This document shows positions 9,370 to 19,098 of a stretch of DNA of 64,000 nt, piece by piece. This DNA comes from Euryarchaeota archaeon UBA23 (lineage in GTDB: Archaea > Thermoplasmatota > Poseidoniia > Poseidoniales > Thalassarchaeaceae). The stretch covers positions 15,512 through 79,511 of the forward strand of contig DAIJ01000017.1 of assembly GCA_002498725.1 (NCBI GenBank). Direction: 5' to 3'. The position numbers and the translations under genes are program-made. Numbering within the stretch: position 1 is the first letter of the stretch; each line of letters starts with the position of its first letter. The notes below the pieces were generated by a model. That model was given only the letters and a program-made list of their open reading frames with translations, had not been told where the DNA came from and did not search any database.

Positions 9370-10640
9370 GCGGTAAAAATCGTATTCAAATAAGAATCGG
9401 TATGGATGATACTGATCATGTTGAGATGGGATGTACGACATTTGAGTTCAACAATTTAATGTCAATTTTGACTAAAAAGATAATTTCTTTTGAAGAAAAA
9501 GAAAGAAGATTAGTAAGACTTTGGCCATTTGCGAGTCGCCGAACTCGTGGTAATGCGGCTCTTTCTTCTTTAGTATCTATTGATTCAAATGAATTAGATG
9601 AAATTTCTTCGCTAATTGATCAGTGGATTATTGAATTAAGTGGCAGAATTAAGAAGCATCCAAAAAATGGAGTTCAAGCATCTCCTTCTGTTGTTCTAGC
9701 AATTGAAAAATTGCCACAATCTATGTATTGGGAAGCAGTAACAGAACAGGTTGATCTCAAAAAAAGACTTTCTGAAATTGGTGACATTATCTTATTTGGT
9801 GAAGAATCTGCATGGGGGGTAATTGGTTCTACGAGTGCGATAGCATGGGAGGCTAAAACGGATTCTACTTGGGAACTTATTGCTTGGCGACAAGATATTT
9901 TATTCGGTTCTGAACGTAAAATTAGTAACCAATCAATTATTGATATGGAAGAAAAAGTTCCAGGAACCTTCGCAAATAGAGATCCAACAAAGGGTAGATC
10001 CCTCATTGCACCTAGAACTCCTTGTCCTGTACTTTATGGTATTAGAGGATCAACTAAAGAACAAGTATTACTAGCTCACAATTTTCTTCAAAAAAGGATT
10101 GATGTTGAAAAATGTTCATCCTTTGCAATACATCGAACTAATCAATTAAGTGACGACCATATTTTAGGATATCATCGCGCTACTATTTTGTCTAAACCAA
10201 TTGAAATGACGGGAGGTCACGCAAAAATTAGTTGTCTTTCGTCAGGAAAACGCGAAGATTTAGTTGCATTCAAGGAATCAGGGCCTGTGAATCAAATGTT
10301 ACGTAAACTAAATGTTGGTGATATTATTGATTTTGTTGGACTAAAAAATATTGACAACTCATACCATTTAGAACGCATAAGAGTGATAAATAATTCTCCA
10401 AGATTAAAATCACGACCACTATGTTGTGGAAAGGCAACGAAATCTATTGGTTCTAATCAAAATTTACGTTGTAATTCTTGTGGCAAAGTAATCGAAAAAA
10501 ATTGGTTAACAAAACAAATAGATTTCGAATTAAATACTTGGGCGGAACCAACTGCTTCCAATCGTCGCCACTTATCTATGCCACTTAGTATTGGAAATCC
10601 TCGATCTGCAAAAATCAAGACTAGAACCTCTACCGATTAA
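9366..10640 (+). CDS. tiaS: tRNA(Ile2) 2-agmatinylcytidine synthetase TiaS
   Basis: N-terminal IGMDDTDHVEMGCTT signature, OB-like middle region and a C-terminal zinc ribbon CCGK...CNSCGK. TTG start overlaps the upstream stop. Confidence 0.8.
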   Translation: MSGKNRIQIRIGMDDTDHVEMGCTTFEFNNLMSILTKKIISFEEKERRLVRLWPFASRRTRGNAALSSLVSIDSNELDEISSLIDQWIIELSGRIKKHPKNGVQASPSVVLAIEKLPQSMYWEAVTEQVDLKKRLSEIGDIILFGEESAWGVIGSTSAIAWEAKTDSTWELIAWRQDILFGSERKISNQSIIDMEEKVPGTFANRDPTKGRSLIAPRTPCPVLYGIRGSTKEQVLLAHNFLQKRIDVEKCSSFAIHRTNQLSDDHILGYHRATILSKPIEMTGGHAKISCLSSGKREDLVAFKESGPVNQMLRKLNVGDIIDFVGLKNIDNSYHLERIRVINNSPRLKSRPLCCGKATKSIGSNQNLRCNSCGKVIEKNWLTKQIDFELNTWAEPTASNRRHLSMPLSIGNPRSAKIKTRTSTD

Positions 10641-10641
10641 C

Positions 10642-10863
10642 ATGGATATATCTATCGAGACTACAGTTCAACTGATTCTAGTCAGTTCTGCTTTCTTTTT
10701 GATCTGGTTTATTTTTCGTTTACGCACCAAAGATAATTTCCATGACAGCGAATTAACTTACGAATATGATGGTAAAGCGCGAAACCCCAGTTTACTAATG
10801 GATCCTGATGAATTAGCATTAAAAGAATTAGATCGTCTTATTGAAGATGCCTTTGAACAATGA
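10642..10863 (+). CDS. small single-pass membrane protein, hypothetical
   Basis: ATG immediately after the tiaS stop. One hydrophobic helix (LILVSSAFFLIWFIF) followed by an acidic tail. No recognisable family. Confidence 0.4.
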   Translation: MDISIETTVQLILVSSAFFLIWFIFRLRTKDNFHDSELTYEYDGKARNPSLLMDPDELALKELDRLIEDAFEQ

Positions 10864-12213
10864 TTAGTCAATCATTGCCCTGCCCACAGCAATTGCTTCA
10901 TCAATGATTTCTCCGCTAACTCCTAGGTGGCTAGATGGGTCAAATAACTCATCTAATTCATCGGTAGAAAATACTAATTTAATTTCTGGATCTTCTCCGC
11001 AAACGTCTCTGAGGTGTCTATTTTCGGTTACTGCTATCATGGATGCGGCCCTCAGTATTTCATGCGCACGATCTCTATGGATTCCTTCATCAACCAATTC
11101 CAGCATTATCTTCTCAGCCATCACTAGACCATTTTGTGATTCGATATTAGCTAACATTCGATCAGAATCTACAACACACTTACTCATAACTCGATTAGAT
11201 TTTTCCAGAATATCATCTAGAAGAATCATTGCATGCGAAAGAGTAAATCGTTCACTTGATGAATTTGCCAAATCTCTTTCATGCCATAATAGGGCATTTT
11301 CATAGGAGGGAATAATCATAGCACGAACAATACGCGCAAGTCCACAAGCATTTTCTGCAGTAATCGGATTACGCTTATGTGCCATAGTCGATGATCCAAC
11401 TTGCTTCTCAACATCAAACCATTCTCCAACCTCAGCGATTTCCGAACGCTGTAGATTTCTTACTTCTTGAAGAAGTTTTTCAACTGATGCAGCCACATTT
11501 GCCATCCATCCAACCCATTCTATGTAGCGATCTCTTCCAACAACTTGTGTTGTGGCTACTGGGACAGTGAGTCCTAGATTTTCTAGTATTAAACTCTGCA
11601 ATTGTTTAGCATTCTCGCCTTGAGCAGCGCCGGTCCCCACGGCTCCAAGAAATTTCCCAGTAATTGCTCGAGGTTCTAATTCTTTCAATCGAGTCAAGTG
11701 TCTGCTAAACTCGTCGACAAAAACAGCGATTTTTAGCCCGAATGTAATGGGTACTGCTGCTTGTCCATGTGTTCTCCCTAGCATTACAGTATCGCGTTCT
11801 CTTTCTGCCAAATCGCAAAGTGTTATGATTAATGTTTTCAAACTTTCATACTGAATATTTATTGAATCGCGAATTTGTAGTGCTACAGCAGAGTCAACTA
11901 TGTCATTACTTGTGGCACCAAGATGAATACACCAAGCGGCTTCACCAGATTTTTCAGCCATTGCCTTTGTTAAGGCCATAATATCGTGTCTTGTCTCAGC
12001 CTCAATCTCATCAACTCTATCTGCTGTGACAATTCCTGGATCGGATATATCTGCAATTATATCATAGTGTTCAGCAGAAACTCGACCCAACTTACAATGC
12101 GCCCAAATTAAAGCTCTCTCGACATCTAGTTGACGTGCATGCCTTCCTTCTCTAGACCAGATATCCTTTGCTTCTTGTCGGCCATATCTGTAGTCTAATG
12201 GTGATACAGTCAA
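10864..12213 (-). CDS. purB: adenylosuccinate lyase
   Basis: SPLDYRYGRQEAKDIWS N-terminus, HLGATSNDI, GSSTMAHKRNP fumarate-lyase signature. TTG start. Confidence 0.9.
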   Translation of the reverse strand: MTVSPLDYRYGRQEAKDIWSREGRHARQLDVERALIWAHCKLGRVSAEHYDIIADISDPGIVTADRVDEIEAETRHDIMALTKAMAEKSGEAAWCIHLGATSNDIVDSAVALQIRDSINIQYESLKTLIITLCDLAERERDTVMLGRTHGQAAVPITFGLKIAVFVDEFSRHLTRLKELEPRAITGKFLGAVGTGAAQGENAKQLQSLILENLGLTVPVATTQVVGRDRYIEWVGWMANVAASVEKLLQEVRNLQRSEIAEVGEWFDVEKQVGSSTMAHKRNPITAENACGLARIVRAMIIPSYENALLWHERDLANSSSERFTLSHAMILLDDILEKSNRVMSKCVVDSDRMLANIESQNGLVMAEKIMLELVDEGIHRDRAHEILRAASMIAVTENRHLRDVCGEDPEIKLVFSTDELDELFDPSSHLGVSGEIIDEAIAVGRAMID

Positions 12214-12294
12214 GACGTTCCCCGTGTCCTTTCGAATCGACAGCCCCCCTTGAGGCTAGCGGCAATGGAAGAAGCAATTTTTTCTCATTTTTTT

Positions 12295-13080
12295 TTATTC
12301 TAGTGATGCTGAAGTGATATTCCATACACCTCTTACTCTATCCCATTCAGATTCTCCGAACACTAGGATTTCTTTCCGAAAATGAGGTGCTGCGACTACA
12401 ATAGTCTCAAACTCACCACCTTCTCCATCTAAATTAAAACGAAACTTTTTCGACAAAGAAATAAGTTCATCAAGTGATTTTTGATCCAATTTTCTACCTA
12501 ACCAGTAATTTTCCATTCCATCAGTAGATATACTTACGATTCTAACATCAAATCCATTGGTGACCAATGAATTCATATGTTCTTCTGCGGAATTATGCCA
12601 AAGAGGACAATAGGATATGATTCCTAGTTCTTCACACATTCTTTCAATTCTGGTTTTCTGGTAATCAGATCTCAATGCGCCTACTACAATTGCATCTACA
12701 TTTATTGGCCCAGAAAAAATTTCTAAATCATCAGGATATTTTATACTGTTAATTTCGTTCTTTATGGAATTAAAAGCCTCCAATGAGTTTTTTTCTCCTT
12801 TCAGTGCTTTTTTTAGATCATCGATTTCTATATCTTCTAAACCATTAGATAGAACTGGTAACCACCGGACTCCCATAGATGATGCTTGTAGGGAAACCAT
12901 GGCTGTATTTGTCATTTGAAACATCATTGAATCATTTCCAGTTATATGTACTGTCACTAGACATTCAACATCCCAACCTTGCATAATAGCCCACCATGTT
13001 GCATATGTTGAGTCCTTACCTCCTGATGACAACACAGCTACTCGCACATAGTTCCGAGTGCAATTGAACCCATGAATCAT
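12295..13080 (-). CDS. diphthine--ammonia ligase (Dph6 / MJ0570-type PP-loop ATPase)
   Basis: VAVLSSGGKDSTYA PP-loop, then GALRSDYQKTRIERMCEELG and EGGEFETIVV, typical of the MJ0570 family. Confidence 0.8.
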   Translation of the reverse strand: MIHGFNCTRNYVRVAVLSSGGKDSTYATWWAIMQGWDVECLVTVHITGNDSMMFQMTNTAMVSLQASSMGVRWLPVLSNGLEDIEIDDLKKALKGEKNSLEAFNSIKNEINSIKYPDDLEIFSGPINVDAIVVGALRSDYQKTRIERMCEELGIISYCPLWHNSAEEHMNSLVTNGFDVRIVSISTDGMENYWLGRKLDQKSLDELISLSKKFRFNLDGEGGEFETIVVAAPHFRKEILVFGESEWDRVRGVWNITSASLE

Positions 13081-13180
13081 CCTATTGTGGCATGACCTGA
13101 TTAGTAAATCAATATGGATTGAATATACTTCCTAACAACTAAGGTTGATAAGAGGGTGACTCGGCATTGAGCCGATAACA

Positions 13181-13891
13181 ATGCAGCCGAGTGGACGTGG
13201 ATATGATCATGGAGTTTCAACATTTTCACCAGATGGGAGATTGTATCAGGTTGAATATGCGCGAGAATCAGTCAAGAGAGGTACTACAACTGTAGGCCTG
13301 AAGTTTAGAGAAGGCGTAGTCCTAATAGTGGATAAGAGAATTTCAAGTAAACTTGTAATTATTGATTCTATCGAGAAAATGTATCAGATCGATGACCACA
13401 TTGGATTTACTACTTCCGGACTTGTTGCTGATGCTAGACAATTAGTCGACCGCGCTCGTGTCCAATGTCAAGTTAATAGGATGACTTATGGAGATGCAAT
13501 TCCAGTAACTACATTAGTTAAGAAAATGTGTGATTATATGCAATCATTTACCCAATATGGGGGTGCAAGGCCATTTGGTACTGCTTTACTTATAGCAGGA
13601 GTTGATGCTGATGGTGTTCATTTGTATGAAACGGATCCTTCTGGAGCGTATCAGTCATACCATGCTGGGGCAATTGGGCGTGGTCGTGCTACTGTGATTG
13701 ATTACTTCGAGGAAAACTGGAAAGAAGGAATGACTCAAAATGCTGCAATAAAACTTGGCCTTGAGGCTTTAAGAGATTCAATAGATGAAGATCTAAATAA
13801 TGAGGCGGTGGAAATTGCAATTGTTAACGGTGATGGATATTCTAAGTTAAGCCGCGATGAAACTATGAAACATCTTGGTAAAGTTAATTGA
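13181..13891 (+). CDS. psmA: proteasome subunit alpha
   Basis: YDHGVSTFSPDGRLYQVEYA N-terminal signature. First gene of the exosome superoperon. Confidence 0.95.
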   Translation: MQPSGRGYDHGVSTFSPDGRLYQVEYARESVKRGTTTVGLKFREGVVLIVDKRISSKLVIIDSIEKMYQIDDHIGFTTSGLVADARQLVDRARVQCQVNRMTYGDAIPVTTLVKKMCDYMQSFTQYGGARPFGTALLIAGVDADGVHLYETDPSGAYQSYHAGAIGRGRATVIDYFEENWKEGMTQNAAIKLGLEALRDSIDEDLNNEAVEIAIVNGDGYSKLSRDETMKHLGKVN

Positions 13892-13937
13892 TGTCTAATC
13901 CCGATTGCTCTAAGGGCTAGTTTACGTCTGGCAGTTC

Positions 13938-14627
13938 GTGGTCAGTCTCGACGATGCAGTGATCGCCCGCCTTGAAAAGGGGGGTAATCGGTTTGAAATT
14001 CTGGTGGATTCTGAATTAGTATCTAAGTGGAAGTTAAACCCAGATAGTGTTGACTTCGAAGATATGTTAGCTACCGATGAAGTTTGGTCAGATGTAAGGG
14101 CCGGAGATCGCCCCACTGAGGATGCGCTCATCAATACATTTTCGTCATCAGATCTACAAACATGTGTGGAAAAAATATTGAGAGAGGGGTCAATACAATT
14201 GACAACTGTTCAGAGAAAGAAAATGGTAGAGGACAAAAAAAAGCAGGTTATACATTCAATCGCATCAACTGCAACAGATCCCAAGACTAGAAGCCCACAT
14301 CCTCCAACTCGCATAGAACATGCGTTAGATGAAGCTAGGTTTAGCATAGACCCATTTTTATCTGTAGAAAGGCAAGTAGCCGATGCTGTCAAAGCAATAA
14401 GACCACTTATTCCTTTACAATTTATTACAGTTAAACTTGCATTTAGAATTTCAGGGAAGGACTATGGAGGGGTGCATCAGATGCTCAGAGACATGATTTT
14501 GAGAGAAGAATGGCTAGAAAACGGTTCTTGGGCATGTATTGTCGAATGCCCAGGGGGTATGAAGAATGACCTCATCAGTAAGGTGGCCAAACGTACTTCT
14601 GGACTTGATGTCAAGGAAATTGAATAA
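13938..14627 (+). CDS. ribosome maturation protein SDO1/SBDS homologue
   Basis: ARLEKGGNRFEILVD N-terminus and its position between psmA and rrp4. GTG start. Confidence 0.85.
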   Translation: MVSLDDAVIARLEKGGNRFEILVDSELVSKWKLNPDSVDFEDMLATDEVWSDVRAGDRPTEDALINTFSSSDLQTCVEKILREGSIQLTTVQRKKMVEDKKKQVIHSIASTATDPKTRSPHPPTRIEHALDEARFSIDPFLSVERQVADAVKAIRPLIPLQFITVKLAFRISGKDYGGVHQMLRDMILREEWLENGSWACIVECPGGMKNDLISKVAKRTSGLDVKEIE

Positions 14628-14678
14628 TTATAGGCATTTCTTAGTAATAATACACCGTAGGTGTAAGCATCAACGGTT

Positions 14679-15389
14679 ATGAGGGGGAGGAGAGTCGCGC
14701 GGCCCGATAACATGAGTGGAGACAAGGGCGCGGACGGACCGCGCAGATCCCGACAAGCACCCCTGCTTGTCGCCCCAGGAGAAGATCTGGGTGATTCGGG
14801 GGAGTTCGAAGCAGGCCATGGTGTTTTATCCATCAATGGGCGCCTTCGAGCTTTGAAGCAAGGAAAAATGAACAAAAGGGGCAATATTGTATCTATAGAA
14901 CCTAGAAGAACAGCATTTATGCCTAGGCCATCCGATCTTGTTATTGGCTACATTGAAGGATGTACTAGTAACATATGGTTTGTAGACATAGGGGCTCCCT
15001 TTAATGCAATACTTCCAATGAGTTTAGGACCTGCAAAGGCTGAATTCGGAGGTATTAGGAAAGTACTAGATATTGGAGATGCTATAATTTGCAGAGTGCA
15101 AGAAGTAGAGGAAAACCATTCTAGTGTTGTTACGATGAAAGGAATGGGTTTGCGTGCGATAAGATCTGGAAGCGTAGAGGAAATTGATCCACATCTACTT
15201 GGTCGATTAATTGGACGTGGTGGTAACAACCTTCGTCAATTAAAGGAAGATACAGAATGCCGATTAATTGCAGCCGACAATGGTCGAGTTTGGTTAGACG
15301 GCGATCTCAGTGGCATAATACAAGCTAGAAATAGTCTAAATGACCTTCTCAAACAGGCGAAAATCGAAGAATACGGTGGTGTAGTCTAA
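14679..15389 (+). CDS. rrp4: exosome complex RNA-binding subunit Rrp4 (N-terminal domain, S1, KH)
   Basis: LLVAPGEDLG...GHGV N-domain, DLVIGYIEG...WFVDIGAPFNAILP S1 domain, GRLIGRGGNNLRQLKE KH domain. Start ambiguous (ATG 14679 or 14712). Confidence 0.9.
   Translation: MRGRRVARPDNMSGDKGADGPRRSRQAPLLVAPGEDLGDSGEFEAGHGVLSINGRLRALKQGKMNKRGNIVSIEPRRTAFMPRPSDLVIGYIEGCTSNIWFVDIGAPFNAILPMSLGPAKAEFGGIRKVLDIGDAIICRVQEVEENHSSVVTMKGMGLRAIRSGSVEEIDPHLLGRLIGRGGNNLRQLKEDTECRLIAADNGRVWLDGDLSGIIQARNSLNDLLKQAKIEEYGGVV
14728..14772 (+). other. two adjacent perfect GC-rich hairpins inside the rrp4 5' coding region
   Basis: GCGCGG-ACGGA-CCGCGC (14728-14744) and CGACAAGCA-CCCC-TGCTTGTCG (14751-14772), embedded in a segment I hand-counted at 68 G+C in 100 nt (14681-14780). 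Confidence 0.6.
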
Positions 15390-16105
15390 TGGGTGGATAT
15401 GGGGACGTACAGTGTATTGATGAAAATGGCATAAGACTTGATGGTAGAAAAATCGACGAAGTCAGACCAATGTCAATAGAGGTGGGTGTCGTTCCAGTTG
15501 CTGATGGGTCTGCTAGAATGAAATGGGGGCTTAATGATGTAATTGCAGCCGTTTATGGTCCAATGGAGGCCCATCCAAGAAAAATTCAACGTCAGGACCG
15601 TGCAGTTCTTGATGTCCGCTATAACATGGCTCCTTTTTCTACTACTGATCGAATCAGACCGGGTTTCAATCGCCGAAGTAGAGAAATCTCTAAAGTAACG
15701 GCTGAGGCTCTAGAAAGTGTTGTTTTAACAGAATTGTACCCTAGAAGTAAGATACGTGTAGAAATAGAAATTATTTGTGCTGAAGCAGGAACTCGTTGTG
15801 CTGGAATAACAGCCGCTTCAGTAGCTTTAGCTCATGCAGGTATACCTATGACTGATCTAGTAGTATCGGTTGCCAGTGGTAAAGTTCACGATGTAGTGGT
15901 TTGTGACCTCAATAAAGAGGAAGATAACTACGGAGAAGCAGATCTTCCAATGGGAATACTCCCTAATACTGGAGAATTAGTTTTTCTTCAGATGGACGGT
16001 GATCTTTCACCTCAGCAATTCCAAGAGGCCTGGGACTACAATATGGGTGCTGCTAAGGTAATCCATGAAGTCATGGTTGAGGCTCTAAAGGGAGGTGATG
16101 AGTGA
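15389..16105 (+). CDS. rrp41: exosome complex exonuclease Rrp41 (RNase PH domain)
   Basis: RLDGRKIDEVRPMSIEVGV...DGSA and RNase PH fold sequence. ATG overlaps the rrp4 stop by 1 nt. Confidence 0.92.
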   Translation: MGGYGDVQCIDENGIRLDGRKIDEVRPMSIEVGVVPVADGSARMKWGLNDVIAAVYGPMEAHPRKIQRQDRAVLDVRYNMAPFSTTDRIRPGFNRRSREISKVTAEALESVVLTELYPRSKIRVEIEIICAEAGTRCAGITAASVALAHAGIPMTDLVVSVASGKVHDVVVCDLNKEEDNYGEADLPMGILPNTGELVFLQMDGDLSPQQFQEAWDYNMGAAKVIHEVMVEALKGGDE

Positions 16106-16893
16106 TGTCTATTCCACTTGTACCTAAACTTCTCAGGGCTCATCTAGCAGATTTGGCGAAGGAAGGGAAGAGGCACGATGGTCGTGGAAGGTTTGAGGGC
16201 AGAAAGGTAGAATTAGAAGTCGATTGCTTACCTAGAGCCGAGGGGTCAGCAAGAGTTAGAATGGGTGATACAATTGTTTTTGCTGGTGTCAAGTTCCAGA
16301 TAATGACCCCTTATCCAGACAGACCTAATCAGGGCGGATTAATGTGTAGTGCTGAGGTTAGACCTGTTGCAGGAAGGGGTTGGGAACCGGGGCCTCCAAG
16401 TCCCGAATCAATTGAACTCGGGAGAGTTGTAGATCGAGGTATTAGAGAATCTGGTTGTATTAATACAGAAGATCTTTGTATAATTCCTGGTGAAAAGGCA
16501 TGGCAAGTGATATTGGATTTATTTGCATTATCAGATGATGGTAATCTTTTCGATGCTTTTGGTCTAGCTGCAATTGCGGCTCTAAAAAATGCAACTATTC
16601 CTGCAGAAAGATTTGAAGCCGGTGAAGATCGGCCCCTAGAGGTCTCAAAAACACCAATAATGTGCTCTTACCATAAAGTGGGCGGAAGGTTTGTTTATGA
16701 TACTGATAAGAAGGAAGAATTAGGTGGAGATGAGAGGATACATATCACATTAGGTGATGATGATCATGTCCATTCATTGCAGAAGGGTCTAAAGGGGATC
16801 TTCACGGCGGCCGAATTCGCAGAGATCATGAGTGAAGCCCGATCTAGATGTTCAGAACTTAGAGATTTAATTGATCAAGCAGTAGGTAAGTGA
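16105..16893 (+). CDS. rrp42: exosome complex subunit Rrp42
   Basis: KRHDGRGRFEGRKVELEV...AEGSARV, an RNase PH-like inactive subunit. GGAGGTGA lies 6 nt upstream of ATG 16105 (GTG 16102 is an alternative). Confidence 0.9.
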   Translation: MSIPLVPKLLRAHLADLAKEGKRHDGRGRFEGRKVELEVDCLPRAEGSARVRMGDTIVFAGVKFQIMTPYPDRPNQGGLMCSAEVRPVAGRGWEPGPPSPESIELGRVVDRGIRESGCINTEDLCIIPGEKAWQVILDLFALSDDGNLFDAFGLAAIAALKNATIPAERFEAGEDRPLEVSKTPIMCSYHKVGGRFVYDTDKKEELGGDERIHITLGDDDHVHSLQKGLKGIFTAAEFAEIMSEARSRCSELRDLIDQAVGK

Positions 16894-16898
16894 TTAGA

Positions 16899-17267
16899 AT
16901 GGCAAAAAGAACTCAAAAACTTGGAGCAACTGCAAAGTTCGGACCTAGATATGGTGTAAGCGTTCGAAGAAGAGCCGGCTCCGCTCTTAAAAAGAAATCT
17001 CGTAACTACACATGTCCAGTTTGTCAATACCAGAAGGTAACTAGAAAAGTTTCAGGTATATGGGAGTGCAAAAAATGTGGCCACAAATTCACGGGTGGAG
17101 TATGGGAACCATTCACAAGGGCTACTGATGCTAATAACAGGATTATTCGCAGAGGTATGGAAGGTGCTACTGCTACAGATATGACAGTTATTGCTCAGCA
17201 GGCTGCCATTGAATATGAGCGTAAGTTAGCTGCAGGTGAGATTGATGCAGAATCCGAAGAAGAGTGA
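16899..17267 (+). CDS. rpl37ae: ribosomal protein L37Ae (eL43) with an acidic C-terminal extension
   Basis: MAKRTQKLGATAKFGPRYGVSVRRR and zinc ribbon CPVCQ...CKKCGHKFTGG. About 30 extra residues end in AESEEE. Confidence 0.9.
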   Translation: MAKRTQKLGATAKFGPRYGVSVRRRAGSALKKKSRNYTCPVCQYQKVTRKVSGIWECKKCGHKFTGGVWEPFTRATDANNRIIRRGMEGATATDMTVIAQQAAIEYERKLAAGEIDAESEEE

Positions 17268-17472
17268 TCATATTACAATCTCTCTTTCTATATCACATCC
17301 TCATGCATCAGCACTTGAATCATCAATGATTACCGAGGCTAAGGTTTCTCGCGAAGGAGATCTAGTTGTAATAAATGAGTCAGCCGACTTTTTTGTAGAT
17401 CTTCGCGCTAGGTGGAACACTATTATGCGTGGTATTGCTGCGGCAGACGAGGCATTGAAGACAGAATATTGA
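17245..17472 (+). CDS. pcc1: KEOPS complex subunit Pcc1
   Basis: LVVINESADFFVDLRARWNTIMRGIAAADEAL matches the Pcc1 pattern (A.D...LRA..NS.LR). Expected superoperon position. AGGTGA lies 5 nt upstream of ATG 17245. Overlaps the rpl37ae 3' end. Confidence 0.65.
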   Translation: MQNPKKSDHITISLSISHPHASALESSMITEAKVSREGDLVVINESADFFVDLRARWNTIMRGIAAADEALKTEY

Positions 17473-17484
17473 GTGGGTGTGAAT

Positions 17485-17793
17485 ATGGTTGACGAGGGTA
17501 ATCTGCAAAATTTGCTACAAGAACTTCAATTAGTACGTTCTCAAATCCAAACTTTAACATCTCAAAGTAATGAAATTTCAGTAACCATAGAGGCATTAAA
17601 ATCTCAGTCTCCAGATCGTTCAGTATACAGAGCAATTGGTGGTATTTTACTTGAAGTTGAGAATAGAGAAGAGTTAGATTCAGACCTAGTCAATTCTAAA
17701 AACGCTATAGAAGAACATCTAGCGAGGCTTCAATCCAGAGAAAACGAAATCAAAAACGAATACTCTGAAGCATTAAAATCTCTAGAAAATTGA
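17485..17793 (+). CDS. pfdB: prefoldin subunit beta
   Basis: Two coiled-coil arms flanking the central AIGGILLEV hairpin; size and position are typical. GTG 17473 is an alternative start. Confidence 0.85.
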   Translation: MVDEGNLQNLLQELQLVRSQIQTLTSQSNEISVTIEALKSQSPDRSVYRAIGGILLEVENREELDSDLVNSKNAIEEHLARLQSRENEIKNEYSEALKSLEN

Positions 17794-17827
17794 ATTTATT
17801 CGCTATTTAATTGAAGAGAGTGGTTAC

Positions 17828-18727
17828 ATGAATGATTTTTCACAATCAAAGAATCTTTCTTCCGCACTCTCAATGTTACTACATGATTCAGAAGGTTCCG
17901 ATAAAGTATTGTCTGAATTAAGTAATCTCCAGAGAGATTTTATTTCTATGCAAAAAATGTTATTGGAAGGTGAATTATCTGAGGCAAAAGTACTCTCTGA
18001 AGAACTATTGCATAGGTCAAGATCTCAATCAGAGAGAGATATTGAAATTGAGATTCGTCTCAGAATCGAAAGGGCCCTCATTTCAGTTGAAGATAACACA
18101 AAAACCGGTCAAGAATTACGCTGGTGTGTAGATCGTCTCAATGCGATGATCCCTGGAAGCTCTTTACATGGCGTCGCCTTACTCAATCTTGCTGCTTGGC
18201 ATTCTAATAATGGTGAAATAATGATGTCTATGGCTGTACATTCGGAAATAAGTAAGGCGAGTGGTCATCCTGACGAGATACGCGCTTTATCCCGACTAGA
18301 AGTTTCTAGAATATTGGTTTCAATTTCCGATTTGGACCCCGCAATGCGGCATCTTTGGTCTGCTCGTGAAATATTTTTGAAATCCAATCTTGAAACTGAG
18401 GCTTTAGTAACCAGTTTGGAATGGTTAGATTTAGCATTGAATGAGATTGAAGAATCAGCGCCTTCAATGCGTAATCGTATAGAAAATGCGAAACCTCGCG
18501 AGTCCCCTGGATCCTCATGGGTGGCATCTAATCCTGAAGATATAATTGAAGTGGTTGAACATATACTTCCATATTTATGTAAAGACGTTTCAGGAATTGA
18601 TAGAACAGATCTTGGCCTAATTATTGATGCGTCAGAAGCCCTTTCAAAATATGAATGGATTGAAGTTTTATTGGATAAAAAGTCTCAAATTCAAGATGAG
18701 AGGATTCTTGATTTACTCCAATCATGA
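17828..18727 (+). CDS. hypothetical alpha-helical repeat protein
   Basis: Long ORF with the local codon style and helical, TPR-like periodicity. No family recognised. Confidence 0.5.
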   Translation: MNDFSQSKNLSSALSMLLHDSEGSDKVLSELSNLQRDFISMQKMLLEGELSEAKVLSEELLHRSRSQSERDIEIEIRLRIERALISVEDNTKTGQELRWCVDRLNAMIPGSSLHGVALLNLAAWHSNNGEIMMSMAVHSEISKASGHPDEIRALSRLEVSRILVSISDLDPAMRHLWSAREIFLKSNLETEALVTSLEWLDLALNEIEESAPSMRNRIENAKPRESPGSSWVASNPEDIIEVVEHILPYLCKDVSGIDRTDLGLIIDASEALSKYEWIEVLLDKKSQIQDERILDLLQS

Positions 18728-19098
18728 TTCAAAATTCTGGTTATTTCTTCTTCTCCCCAATGTAGGTCGGCAGGTAACTCTACACACCACCCTACTTCAT
18801 CAATTCTTGAATCATCAGAATTCCATCCATAAGGATCTGGTTCTACATCTACTTTGATCAATACAACATGTCCTTTCTCAATTAATTCTGATTCTATTGC
18901 TACAGCTGTCCCAAGTAATCCTGTTTCTTCCCAAACTTCTCTTAAAGCCCCGATTTCGATTGCTTCATTTTCATTAAGTTTGCCTCCTGGAAGTTCCCAT
19001 CCTCTTTCACAATGTTTTACCATTATCCAACATGTGCTTTCGAAGTCACCTTTTGGAATCACCCAAGCCAAAACAAAATCGCCCTCAGTCATCTTCAT
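18691..19098 (-). CDS. NUDIX hydrolase
   Basis: Nudix box GGKLNENEAIEIGALREVWEETGL. Confidence 0.85.
   Translation of the reverse strand: MKMTEGDFVLAWVIPKGDFESTCWIMVKHCERGWELPGGKLNENEAIEIGALREVWEETGLLGTAVAIESELIEKGHVVLIKVDVEPDPYGWNSDDSRIDEVGWCVELPADLHWGEEEITRILNHDWSKSRILSS

Noticed and set aside
14477-14884. 135-aa minus-strand ORF spanning the SBDS-rrp4 junction
   Set aside because: It is open only because the rrp4 5' island is GC-rich (few stop codons). It overlaps two well-supported genes and its sequence is Pro/Arg/Ser-rich.
17236-17267. Overlap of the pcc1 start with the acidic tail of rpl37ae, considered as a recoding or fusion signal
   Set aside because: The frames differ and pcc1 has its own AGGTGA plus ATG. 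Short overlaps are the rule throughout this window (rrp4/rrp41, rrp41/rrp42, pntAA/AB/B, folE/queE).
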